The notes under the pieces are model-generated. The model saw only the letters and a program-made list of their open reading frames with translations. It was not told the origin of the DNA and did no database searches. A program made the translations under genes and the position numbers. Below, one piece after another: positions 29,361 to 38,228 of a stretch of 63,326 nucleotides of DNA (within the stretch, counting starts at the first letter, position 1; each line of letters begins with the position of its first letter). Origin of the DNA: Candidatus Woesearchaeota archaeon (lineage in GTDB: Archaea; Nanobdellota; Nanobdellia; Woesearchaeales; CAIVOO01); contig JAWAEZ010000001.1 of the NCBI GenBank assembly GCA_038890975.1, positions 1,819 to 65,144 of the forward strand. The letters are read 5' to 3'.

Positions 29361-30059
29361 TCAAAATATTTTAAACCCCTTTCCCTCCTTTGTTTCTACT
29401 ATGCCCTCTTCTTTTATTTGGAATACTATTTCCCTTTCTCCTAACGATCTATGTTTTTTTAATATGGCCCTTCGCTTATTATCAGGGGTTATCTGAAGTT
29501 CAATAAGACATTTACTACCATATTTTAAAACATCTCCTCCTACAATGTTTACCTTATTTTTGTCTTCAAAATTAGAATAAACTTGATTTGTTATAATTAC
29601 GGGTATTTGTTTTTTTCTTGCTATCTCGGTAAGCAAGGCCACCTGTTGCGCTAATTCTCTATTAATATCGTGAATGTTTTCTTCCTGTTTAAGTTCTAAC
29701 CGGTAAAGCATAGATATGCTGTCTATAATAATAAGCCCTACATCGCTATTTATTATGTTCTTAAGTTTTTCAAAACTTTTTTTCTGCTCTTCAAAATTTG
29801 TTGGTTTTAAGAAAAGTATGTTTCCTATAATTTTCTTGTAATCTTTAAATAATTGGCTCATCCTTAAAACCGAAAACCCGCCTTCTGTATCAAAATATAT
29901 CACTCTTTTAGTTTTTGCAACAGATATGGCTACGAGGAGGCATAAAAGTGTTTTGCCCGAACCTGCAGGACCATAAATAGTAGTAATGATGTCTTTCTCG
30001 TAACCACCCCCAAGAAGATTATCCAAAAGTGGGCTTCCTGAACTTATCGTCTGTTCCAT
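29361..30059 (-). CDS. radB: RadB-type RecA-superfamily ATPase
   Basis: SSGSPLLDNLLGGGYEKDIITTIYGPAGSGKTLLCL, Walker B LIIIDS. Short (232 aa), with no N-terminal HhH domain. Confidence 0.8.
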   Translation of the reverse strand: MEQTISSGSPLLDNLLGGGYEKDIITTIYGPAGSGKTLLCLLVAISVAKTKRVIYFDTEGGFSVLRMSQLFKDYKKIIGNILFLKPTNFEEQKKSFEKLKNIINSDVGLIIIDSISMLYRLELKQEENIHDINRELAQQVALLTEIARKKQIPVIITNQVYSNFEDKNKVNIVGGDVLKYGSKCLIELQITPDNKRRAILKKHRSLGEREIVFQIKEEGIVETKEGKGFKIF

Positions 30060-30140
30060 TGGGTAAAATTTAATGCAGTTTTTTTTAAATAATTTGCTAA
30101 AAATATATAAAAAGAGAGAGGTTCAGTTTTTACTAATACT

Positions 30141-31697
30141 ATGAAAGATTACATAAAATCAAAAGAAAAAAAAATTAAAGAAGTTTTGAGCGGTATAGAC
30201 AAAAACTCTAAGAAAAAAAAGTTTATTCCTGAAATTATTGTGTGGTCGCTTTTTTTTGCTGTCTTATCCCTAAGATTGTTTTTAGCTTTTAAGACACATT
30301 ATTTTAGTTACGAATCCTATTTTAATATAAGAGAGGTTCAAAATATATTAGAAAAAGGGGGATTTTTTAAAGACCCTCTCACGCAGGGTGGTATCCTAAT
30401 TATGCCCCCTCCTTTATTTTACTATTTTATTTCGCTATTATCCTTTTTATTCCCGTTAGATCTTATTGCTAAAATAGTCCCAAACATTTTTTATTCTCTC
30501 CTGATACCAATTTCTTATTATTTTTCTTTTAGAACTGTTGAAAATCGTAATTTGGCAATTTTCTCTGCACTTTTCGTAGCTTTTTTTCCTTCGTTATGGT
30601 CTACTATTAACTATTTTAGCCCTTTCTCATTGGCGGTTATTCTTATCTTTTATGGGTTTTATTGTGTCCTAAGAATAAAAGAAAAAAAATATCTTAATAT
30701 TTTCATTGTTTCTGTTATAATCTCGGCATTTTCAAGCCCCATCACACTAATAATTATACCTACACTTTGGCTTTTTATATTACTCCTCAAAATAGAGAAG
30801 ATAAAAGAAAGAAATATTTTCGTAGAAGCAACAACTTTCCTGACATTTCTTATTCTTCTTATAGAGTTTTTAATCTACAAAAAAGCCATATTTATACATG
30901 GTTATAAAATAATATGGAGAAACATCCCCCAAGCGATTTTACAAAGATTTTTTGAAAATATCACTATTATCGATTTAGTGGTTTCCGTCGGTATACTCTC
31001 TTTTGTATTTGGTATTTATGCTTTATATAAAACAACTTATACAAAAAAAGACAGAAATGTAAGTCTAACAATATCTATTATAATTGTATCTTCTCTGTTT
31101 ATGTGGTTAAAACTTATAGAAAAAAGAGAAGGAATTATTTTCCTCGGGGTTTCGTTAGCAATTATGTCCCCATCAGCCATTAAGTTATTCATGGACTATT
31201 TCAAAAAAGTAAAAATAAAAATTTCTTCTACCCAAATTAAAATTTTAATTATTGTACTCTTACTAATAACCACTATACCGCCGTCTATTAAAGAAATAAA
31301 AAATCTTCAAAAAGAAACTCCTGAAAAATACGAAATTGAAGCTATGCTCTGGCTAAAAGAGAATAGTAGCGAATTTTCAAGAGTGGTTGCTGCTCCTAAA
31401 GAGGGATTTTTAATTAACGCAATCGCGAAAAGAAATAATGTAATAGATTATAATTTTATCAACGAAAAAAATAGCGATGCTGTATATAATGATGTTTCAG
31501 AAATATACCAAACACAATTTGAAACGAGGGCTCTTGAACTTCTTAATAAACACCGCGCGAAGTATATCATACTTTCCAGGAATGTTCTTGAGGAATTTAA
31601 TGTTTCTAAATTAATTTATGCAGAGAAAGATTGCTTTGCTACATTTTATGAAAATGAAAAAGTTAAAATAATAAAGACCTGGTGTGAATTAGAATGA
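30141..31697 (+). CDS. polytopic membrane protein, GT-C-like (PMT/ArnT-like) glycosyltransferase candidate with a C-terminal soluble domain
   Basis: Many TM helices followed by a ~140-aa hydrophilic C-terminus. No WWDYG motif seen, so not called AglB. Confidence 0.5.
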   Translation: MKDYIKSKEKKIKEVLSGIDKNSKKKKFIPEIIVWSLFFAVLSLRLFLAFKTHYFSYESYFNIREVQNILEKGGFFKDPLTQGGILIMPPPLFYYFISLLSFLFPLDLIAKIVPNIFYSLLIPISYYFSFRTVENRNLAIFSALFVAFFPSLWSTINYFSPFSLAVILIFYGFYCVLRIKEKKYLNIFIVSVIISAFSSPITLIIIPTLWLFILLLKIEKIKERNIFVEATTFLTFLILLIEFLIYKKAIFIHGYKIIWRNIPQAILQRFFENITIIDLVVSVGILSFVFGIYALYKTTYTKKDRNVSLTISIIIVSSLFMWLKLIEKREGIIFLGVSLAIMSPSAIKLFMDYFKKVKIKISSTQIKILIIVLLLITTIPPSIKEIKNLQKETPEKYEIEAMLWLKENSSEFSRVVAAPKEGFLINAIAKRNNVIDYNFINEKNSDAVYNDVSEIYQTQFETRALELLNKHRAKYIILSRNVLEEFNVSKLIYAEKDCFATFYENEKVKIIKTWCELE

Positions 31698-33043
31698 AAG
31701 AAATAATTGATAAAAAAATAATTTATCTGATAATTATTGCTGCGGCTGTTTTGGCCGTTCCGTTCGTTTACAGGAATTTATTTTTTGAAAAAACTATCCC
31801 GGGACAGGAAGCGTATTACTATTTAAAAAATATAAATTCCAAAAATGATTCAAATAGTCAATTTTGGGCTTATGATTATCTATTAATGATTTTTCTGAGA
31901 GCAGGAATTGATATAAGAATTGGTTCATTAATAATAGGTGTATTGTCTTGTTTATTTTTTTATCTTTTGCTTCGTAAGATAGGTTTTGACGATAAAACTG
32001 CTTTTTATTCTTCACTAATTTTTATTCTTTCTCCCACTTTTATTTATTTGTTTTCTACGGCAACATCTGACATCTTATCCCTATTTCTCATTATTCTTGG
32101 TTGTTACCTCCTTGTTAATGAGAAAACGTTCTACTATTCATTTTTATCTTTCCTTTTTTCTATAAAAGATTTCATAACCGCAATTTTAATATTGATAATC
32201 CTCTTCAGCTTTTTTATATGGCAGAAGAAGAGATTATACGAAATTGTAATTGTATCAATTTTAATTTTTTCATTTTCATTTTTTGTAGAAAAAAATTTTA
32301 ACAGTCATTATGCTATTAATAACTTAAACATTTTAAGTCAGCTCTTTTCTGACATCGGGGGTCTTTATGGGGTGTCTATTTTTTCGTCGGTATTTGCACT
32401 TATGGGATTTTTTAATGTCAGAAAAAAATTATATCTTTACCCTTTAATCATTTTTTTTATCGTTTCTTCTTTTGTAAATTATCGTACCATTATCTACGCG
32501 AATGTTTTATTATCCGCTCTGGGGGGGTTTGGTGTTGAGAGTATAATAGAAAAAAAATGGAAACTTTCTACTTTAAAAGATATAATGATTTTTATTATTA
32601 TCTGCGGTATTCTTTTATCAGCGCTGTCGCATATAAAACTTGTTTCAAATGAGAAGCCTTCAATAGAGATTATCAAAGCGTGCGAATGGTTAAAAAACCA
32701 AAGTATAAATGGTGTGAATGTTCTTTCCAGCGAAGATAATGCTTACTTTATAGAATATTTCGCAAATAAAAATGCTGTATTCAAACCTTATTATGCAAAA
32801 GATAAAAATTTTAAAAATATTTCCCTAGATATGAAAGAAATATTTTTATCTCGACGTATGAACTCAACAGAATCTCTTTTACAAAAGTATGAAATAGGTT
32901 ATATACTGATTGACGATGATATGCTCAAAAAAATCTGGCAAGAACCTGATGAAGGGCTTCTTTTTCTTTTAGAAAATAAAAAAAAGTTTTCACTTGTATA
33001 TAACGAAAGCGGGGTTAAAATATGGAGATATAAATATAAATAA
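31694..33043 (+). CDS. second polytopic GT-C-like membrane protein
   Basis: 4-nt ATGA overlap with the preceding gene. Same architecture: a TM bundle plus a C-terminal soluble domain. Confidence 0.5.
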   Translation: MKEIIDKKIIYLIIIAAAVLAVPFVYRNLFFEKTIPGQEAYYYLKNINSKNDSNSQFWAYDYLLMIFLRAGIDIRIGSLIIGVLSCLFFYLLLRKIGFDDKTAFYSSLIFILSPTFIYLFSTATSDILSLFLIILGCYLLVNEKTFYYSFLSFLFSIKDFITAILILIILFSFFIWQKKRLYEIVIVSILIFSFSFFVEKNFNSHYAINNLNILSQLFSDIGGLYGVSIFSSVFALMGFFNVRKKLYLYPLIIFFIVSSFVNYRTIIYANVLLSALGGFGVESIIEKKWKLSTLKDIMIFIIICGILLSALSHIKLVSNEKPSIEIIKACEWLKNQSINGVNVLSSEDNAYFIEYFANKNAVFKPYYAKDKNFKNISLDMKEIFLSRRMNSTESLLQKYEIGYILIDDDMLKKIWQEPDEGLLFLLENKKKFSLVYNESGVKIWRYKYK

Positions 33044-33119
33044 AATTCATAATTTTTATAAAATATAATATTTTAAAACTTTAAACAAGTAAAACATAGC
33101 GACGATAGACCTGTTAAAA

Positions 33120-34364
33120 ATGAATAATATAGCGAATATCATCTTATGGATTGTTTATGTGTTATCTTTGTTTTTCGCAATATTCTGGTTTTTAGTACTT
33201 ATGGAAGGAGTCCAAAAGGAAAAAAAGAAGAAACTAAGTTATTTTCCTTCAGTAACTATCGCTATTCCAGTGTATAACCGAGAAAAAAGCGTTGCATTAA
33301 CTATTGATTCTGCTCTTGCATTAAACTACCCGAAAGATAAGTTAGAGATAATAGTGGTTAATCACGGCTCTACGGATAACAGCAAAAAAATTATTGAAAA
33401 ATACAGAGGTAAAGTAAAAATTGTGAATATTAAGAGAAAAGCGGGTGAAAGAAAAGGCGCCCCAATGAATGTCGCACTTAAAATGGCCAAGGGTGAATTT
33501 TTTGTATGCCTCGATGCCGACTCTATAGCTACTAAAAACGCATTAGTAGATATGCTTCCTTACTTTGAAGATAAAGATGTAGGGTGTGTTCTCCCTTCTA
33601 TGAAAGTTTATTCCCCAAAAAATTTTTGGCAGAAATTACAAAGAACAGAGTACCTTGTTAATATGTTTTATAAACGACTTATGAGTAAAATAAATTGTGT
33701 TCATGTTGCTCCGGGTCCCTTCAGTATTTTTAGGACAGATATTTTAAGAAAAATCGGGGGGTATGATAGTTATAATCTGACAGAAGATCTCGAACTAACA
33801 TATAAACTACAACAGCATAATTACAAAATAATACAGCTCCTCAATACTGAAGTGTTTACAATAGCCCCGTCTTCATTTAAAGAAATTTATGCTCAAAGAA
33901 ACAGGTGGTTTAAAGGAGCTTTTCTGAATACGCTAAAATACAAGAAAATGATATTCAACAAAAAATACGGCGACTTTGGCTTTATCCAGCTGCCATCGGT
34001 AATTCTTTCGGCGTTTATCGCAATTTCGCTTTTAATAATAACTATTTATTACTCCTTAAAACCTCATATAGATTTTATCTCAAATATGAAATTTGTTAAT
34101 TTCGATTTCGTGACAATAATAAAAAATATATCCTTAAATTTCCACATACTTGACTTAGATTACTCTCTTGTATTTATAGGGATAGTAACATTTTTAATGT
34201 CATCGATTGTTCTTATCAAATCGCATAAGTATAATCAGGAAAAAACATTAAAATTCGGGCTACTGCCATTAGCGGTATTTTTTTTGTATTATTACATAAT
34301 TATGGGCATTGCGTGGCTTGGAGTAGCAATCGATTTTATAATAGGAAAAGATAGAAACTGGTAA
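33120..34364 (+). CDS. membrane-embedded family-2 glycosyltransferase of the processive synthase type
   Basis: N-terminal TM, VTIAIPVYN, CLDADS, TEDLE, and the Q-x-x-R-W motif (AQRNRWFKGA), followed by C-terminal TM helices. Confidence 0.75.
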   Translation: MNNIANIILWIVYVLSLFFAIFWFLVLMEGVQKEKKKKLSYFPSVTIAIPVYNREKSVALTIDSALALNYPKDKLEIIVVNHGSTDNSKKIIEKYRGKVKIVNIKRKAGERKGAPMNVALKMAKGEFFVCLDADSIATKNALVDMLPYFEDKDVGCVLPSMKVYSPKNFWQKLQRTEYLVNMFYKRLMSKINCVHVAPGPFSIFRTDILRKIGGYDSYNLTEDLELTYKLQQHNYKIIQLLNTEVFTIAPSSFKEIYAQRNRWFKGAFLNTLKYKKMIFNKKYGDFGFIQLPSVILSAFIAISLLIITIYYSLKPHIDFISNMKFVNFDFVTIIKNISLNFHILDLDYSLVFIGIVTFLMSSIVLIKSHKYNQEKTLKFGLLPLAVFFLYYYIIMGIAWLGVAIDFIIGKDRNW

Positions 34365-34366
34365 AA

Positions 34367-35056
34367 ATGGTGAGAGAAATTAAAGGAAAATATTTTATTG
34401 CTGCTTTTATCACAGCAGCGATATTTCTCTTAGGTATGCTCTTTGGTATGGTAATAGAAGGAAAAAGATCAGATCTATTAAATGGTGTTGTGGAAGAACA
34501 AAAACTATTTTTTGGAAGCTTACAACTGCAATACCAACTAATATCCGAATTTGAACAACAAAAAAATTGTCCAGCAGTTTCAGCTACATTTGAAGAGTAT
34601 GTAAAAGAACTCGTAAAAGCTCAGGAAAGGCTTGATAAATACGAGAAAGATTCTACTGGTATTAACAAAGAAAATTTTCTTATGCTTAAGCAAGAATATA
34701 CCCAAGCAGAAATAAATTATTGGCTTCTTGCGAGAAAAACAAAAGAATTATGCGATAGAGATTTTGTTACGATACTATTCTTTTATGCACCTGAAGAACA
34801 ATGTGTCTATTGTAACGAACAGTCTTTTGTACTTACTTACTTAAAGGAGCTATTAAAAGAAAAAGTTTTGATTTTTTCTTTTGACGCCACCCTCGAGAAA
34901 GAGCCCTTAATAAAAATGCTTATAAACATTTATAATATAAAAAATTATCCTGCTATTGTCGTAGATGGCAAACCTTTCGAAGGACTTCAAGATAGAGATT
35001 TCATACTAAAACTCGTTTGTAAAGAGTTTAAAGAAAAACCAAAAGTTTGTCAGTAG
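34367..35056 (+). CDS. membrane-anchored thioredoxin-fold-like protein (CxxC)
   Basis: N-terminal TM YFIAAFITAAIFLLGMLFGMVI. C-terminal CVYC...YPAIVVDGKPF resembles a thioredoxin/glutaredoxin fold. Confidence 0.5.
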   Translation: MVREIKGKYFIAAFITAAIFLLGMLFGMVIEGKRSDLLNGVVEEQKLFFGSLQLQYQLISEFEQQKNCPAVSATFEEYVKELVKAQERLDKYEKDSTGINKENFLMLKQEYTQAEINYWLLARKTKELCDRDFVTILFFYAPEEQCVYCNEQSFVLTYLKELLKEKVLIFSFDATLEKEPLIKMLINIYNIKNYPAIVVDGKPFEGLQDRDFILKLVCKEFKEKPKVCQ

Positions 35057-35075
35057 CAATAAAGATTATTTTTCT

Positions 35076-35525
35076 TTACCCTTTCTCTTTTTTAAATGTT
35101 TTTAAAATATCCCCTATTGTAAAAGAAGTTTCGGATTTTTTAGTAACAATTTTTTCTGTTTTTATTTTCTTTATTAAATTTATTTTTAAAATTTTTTGTA
35201 ATTTTTTAGCAGTTTCTATAGTAGGTTTAATTCTTCCTGACTCCATTGCTTGTATAGTAGAAATCTTTTCGTTTAATTTTTTTGCGAACTCTTCTTGAGT
35301 CATGTTTAATTCTTCTCTCTTCTTCTTTATTATCTCCGCAAAATTATCAACAATTACTTCTTCATCAATTTCTTTCTCCTCTTTCCTAAGTGTATTAACA
35401 GTTGAAGAAACAGGTTTTATTAAGCGATGCCCATATTTTAAACAGGAATTACAAACCTTAAGTTCAACCCCCTCGATTAAAGCGGAAAATTCTGCTTTAC
35501 CCTTTCCGCAAAGCTCGCATTGCAT
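35076..35525 (-). CDS. archaeal MBF1 (Zn-ribbon plus XRE-type HTH)
   Basis: MQCELCGKGKAEF...CNSC, and LNMTQEEFAKKLNEKISTIQAMESGR. Confidence 0.8.
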   Translation of the reverse strand: MQCELCGKGKAEFSALIEGVELKVCNSCLKYGHRLIKPVSSTVNTLRKEEKEIDEEVIVDNFAEIIKKKREELNMTQEEFAKKLNEKISTIQAMESGRIKPTIETAKKLQKILKINLIKKIKTEKIVTKKSETSFTIGDILKTFKKEKG

Positions 35526-35531
35526 ATTATC

Positions 35532-35939
35532 TTATATATTTTCTTTTATTATTTTAATATAAATCTTTCTATTCCTTGGACCGTCAAATTCGCATAAAAA
35601 AACACTTTGCCAAACACCAAGAAAAAGATCCCCTTTGTGTATAGGCATTAGTTGAGAAGGCCCAATTAGTGAAGCTTTTATGTGAGCTGCTGCATTATTA
35701 TCTACCATATCATGCTTGTAATTATCATGTTCCGTTATTATCTTATTAATAGTCATCAAAAAATCTTCCTTAATATTAGGATCCGCATTTTCATTTATTA
35801 GAAGTGCTGCTGTAGTATGAGGCACGTAAACAAAACAAATACCTTCTCTAACTCCTGACTGAGAAACTATTTCTCTTATTATTCCTGTGATATCTATTAG
35901 TTCGTTCTTCTTAGAAGTTTTTATTGTAATTGCGTTCAT
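35532..35939 (-). CDS. YjbQ/UPF0047 family protein
   Basis: VPHTTAALLINENADP, NAAAHIKASLIGPS, LGVWQSVFLCEFDGPRNR. Confidence 0.8.
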   Translation of the reverse strand: MNAITIKTSKKNELIDITGIIREIVSQSGVREGICFVYVPHTTAALLINENADPNIKEDFLMTINKIITEHDNYKHDMVDNNAAAHIKASLIGPSQLMPIHKGDLFLGVWQSVFLCEFDGPRNRKIYIKIIKENI

Positions 35940-36028
35940 TTTAAAAAATGAAATTGTTTTTATATAAAAACATTTACAGAAAGGAAAAGTATTTAAATTT
36001 AAAAGAATTAGTATTGTAAAGGTGTTTT

Positions 36029-36664
36029 ATGAAAATTGCTATCCATTTGTTTTGTGTAATTGTTCTCTCACAAATTATTCTAGCTGCGGGGCCGCAAGGC
36101 GTCCACGAACCTGGGACTGCCATTAAAAACAATGAGATAAGAGAAACTCAACAGAAATACATAGGGGTGCCCGCCCAAAAAGAAATACAAACAGAGAATA
36201 TTTTAAGAGCGGGAAATTATCTACTAGAAACAGGAGACCCCATAAGTATTGATTTAGTTGAGCAAGGAGAAACTAACAGAATAAGATTAAGGGTAAGAAA
36301 TGTTTCTGCTCATATAAATGGCACAATATTACAAGAACAAGTACAAAACAGAACGCGTTTAATGATGAGGTTAAGTGATGGAGGGCTTTTTTATATAAAA
36401 ATTATGCCAGACAGAGCATCTGAAATAGCAATCCAAAGATTAAGATTAAGGTTTTGTTCTGTTGAAAACAACTGCCAGCTAGAACTTAAAGAGGTTGCTG
36501 ATAAAGGAAATGTAAGAGCAGTTTATGAAGTCCGCGCTCAAAAAGAAGCAAAAATTTTTGGAGTTTTCAAAAAGAGGATGCAGCTAAAAGCAGAGATAAA
36601 TGCTGAAAATGGAGAAATTATAAGGACAAGAACGCCATGGTGGGCTTTTTTAACAAACGATTGA
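36029..36664 (+). CDS. secreted protein with a Sec-type signal peptide, function unknown
   Basis: MKIAIHLFCVIVLSQIILAAG signal. C-terminal ...NGEIIRTRTPWWAFL. Confidence 0.55.
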   Translation: MKIAIHLFCVIVLSQIILAAGPQGVHEPGTAIKNNEIRETQQKYIGVPAQKEIQTENILRAGNYLLETGDPISIDLVEQGETNRIRLRVRNVSAHINGTILQEQVQNRTRLMMRLSDGGLFYIKIMPDRASEIAIQRLRLRFCSVENNCQLELKEVADKGNVRAVYEVRAQKEAKIFGVFKKRMQLKAEINAENGEIIRTRTPWWAFLTND

Positions 36665-36799
36665 AGTGTTTTATTTTTTAATTGTTAAACCTTCACATCA
36701 TTAATAAAGTGACATGTTAAATTATCAGCTACAGTATTTGATTCTTAAACAAGTTTCGCCCTGTTATGAAAATATTTAAATATTACCCTATTATAAGTT

Positions 36800-36855
36800 T
36801 CTGCAGGCGATGAGGTCCGCCGAGGCGAGTGCCTAAACCGCTTTAGCTGATGACT
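36800..36855 (-). other. GC-rich island resembling the 5' half of tRNA-Cys (fragment or pseudo-tRNA), or alternatively a structured 5' leader of the 36878 ORF
   Basis: tctgcaggcgat (36800-36811) is identical to 37605-37616, the anticodon stem-loop of tRNA-Cys. gcctaaaccgctttagc (36831-36847) resembles the tRNA D-arm gccttagccgcttggct. A 19-nt GC-rich insert separates the two. No T-arm or 3' half lies nearby. Confidence 0.35.
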
Positions 36856-36877
36856 TCTTCTTAGAGGTGAGATAAAT

Positions 36878-37090
36878 TTGCAAAGGTATTTTATTCAAGC
36901 TTTGTTTGCAATATCTGGGGGGGTTGTAATATGGATAATGATATTTCTAGCAATTTATCCTCATTTTCCGCGGATGGAGAAACAAAAAAGAATCGTATTT
37001 AGCGTATTAAGCGCAACAATTGCTGCACTAGCACTGGCAGTGATGTTATTTGTTAGTGCGTATTTAATAATTAATTTTATATTAAAATGA
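36878..37090 (+). CDS. small two-TM membrane protein (TTG start)
   Basis: SD aGAGGTGAgataaatTTG. Hydrophobic 70-aa product. Confidence 0.5.
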   Translation: MQRYFIQALFAISGGVVIWIMIFLAIYPHFPRMEKQKRIVFSVLSATIAALALAVMLFVSAYLIINFILK

Positions 37091-37506
37091 AGATTACAAA
37101 AAGAGATAAAGAGTATATTTTAGAATTCTTGATGCAAGGTAATAGTTTGTACGATTCACTAGAAATTTTAGCAAATATTTGTGAAAATCTCAATCTCACT
37201 TATTTAAACCCACGAATAAAACATTTTAGGTATTTCCAATTTACTTTTTTTGGGTTTATTGTTAAAGTTAATGGTATAATAGATAGGATGATATTTAGAG
37301 CGGATTTTTTGAAAAATAACATCCCCGAGTTTGGTGAGGTATACTCTACTTTAAAAAAATTAAAAAATAATATGGAAATGACCTATAAATCTATAAGTGA
37401 AAAAGAAATGGTTAAGGGAAAAAATCAAATAATTGAATTATACAATGATTATTCAAAGATTTTTGCAGGTATAATTAAAATATGTAAAAAACTGATTTTA
37501 GTATAG
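37087..37506 (+). CDS. hypothetical protein, 139 aa
   Basis: ATGA overlap with the preceding ORF. No motif recognised. Confidence 0.45.
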   Translation: MKITKRDKEYILEFLMQGNSLYDSLEILANICENLNLTYLNPRIKHFRYFQFTFFGFIVKVNGIIDRMIFRADFLKNNIPEFGEVYSTLKKLKNNMEMTYKSISEKEMVKGKNQIIELYNDYSKIFAGIIKICKKLILV

Positions 37507-37530
37507 TAATGTTCTAAAAATTATTAAAAA

Positions 37531-37642
37531 AGCGGGGAGGGGGACTCGAACCCCCGAATAATCGCTGTCCGCTTTTCATCAACATTGTATGTTTCAACAC
37601 AGCGTCTGCAGGCGATCGCCTTAGCCGCTTGGCTACCCCCGC
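37531..37642 (-). tRNA. tRNA-Cys(GCA) with a 39-nt intron at 37/38
   Basis: Reverse complement reads GCGGGGG-TA-GCCA-AGCGGCTA-AGGC-G-ATCGC-CTGCAG[39 nt]A-GCGAT-TATTC-GGGGG-TTCGAGT-CCCCC-TCCCCGC-T. Intron 37567-37605. G37 fits tRNA-Cys. TATA-like ttttataaag lies ~25-34 nt upstream. Confidence 0.8.
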
Positions 37643-37681
37643 TTATATTTAAAAATCTAAAACTATTCTTTATAAAATTTT

Positions 37682-38089
37682 CTAACCCAAAACATTTTTT
37701 ATTTCTTCTAGTTCCGTTTGTGAAATACGAGCTCTTCTTATTTTTAACTGGTGTTTATAGAGATTATCTTTATATCTTCTAGGGATTAAATGAAAATGGA
37801 GGTGCTCTTTTTTGAGTTTTCCTTCTTTTAAAAAAGGTCTGTAATTTTGTCTTAAATCCACTCCTTCTATTTTTAGTTTTGAAATCATTTTTTCTTCAAC
37901 CTTTTTTATTGTCTTTATTATATCAAAAAGTTCTTTATTTGGTATTTGAGTTATTGATTCGTAATGTTTTTTTGGTATAATCAATGTGTGATACTTTGAT
38001 AAAGGATACTTATCGGCTATTACATAGCAGAATTCTGTCTCTATTAGTATTTCTTTTTTATTTAGATTACAAAATACACACTTCTTCAT
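37682..38089 (-). CDS. HIT-family nucleotide hydrolase/transferase
   Basis: Histidine triad HLHFHLIPR. N-terminal CVFC. Confidence 0.8.
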   Translation of the reverse strand: MKKCVFCNLNKKEILIETEFCYVIADKYPLSKYHTLIIPKKHYESITQIPNKELFDIIKTIKKVEEKMISKLKIEGVDLRQNYRPFLKEGKLKKEHLHFHLIPRRYKDNLYKHQLKIRRARISQTELEEIKNVLG

Positions 38090-38104
38090 TTTAACCTGTG
38101 TAAA

Positions 38105-38179
38105 TGAGCCCGGGGGGATTCGAACCCCCGACCTACAGCTTAGAAGGCTGCCGCGCTATCCAGGCTGCGCTACGGGCCC
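38105..38179 (-). tRNA. tRNA-Arg(UCU), no intron
   Basis: Reverse complement reads GGGCCCG-TA-GCGC-AGCCTGGATA-GCGC-G-GCAGC-CTTCTAA-GCTGT-AGGTC-GGGGG-TTCGAAT-CCCCC-CGGGCTC-A. TATA-like attttataaataa upstream. Confidence 0.9.
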
Positions 38180-38228
38180 GTTAGTCACAAAGGAGGATAA
38201 TTTATTTATAAAATATTCGATGGACTAT

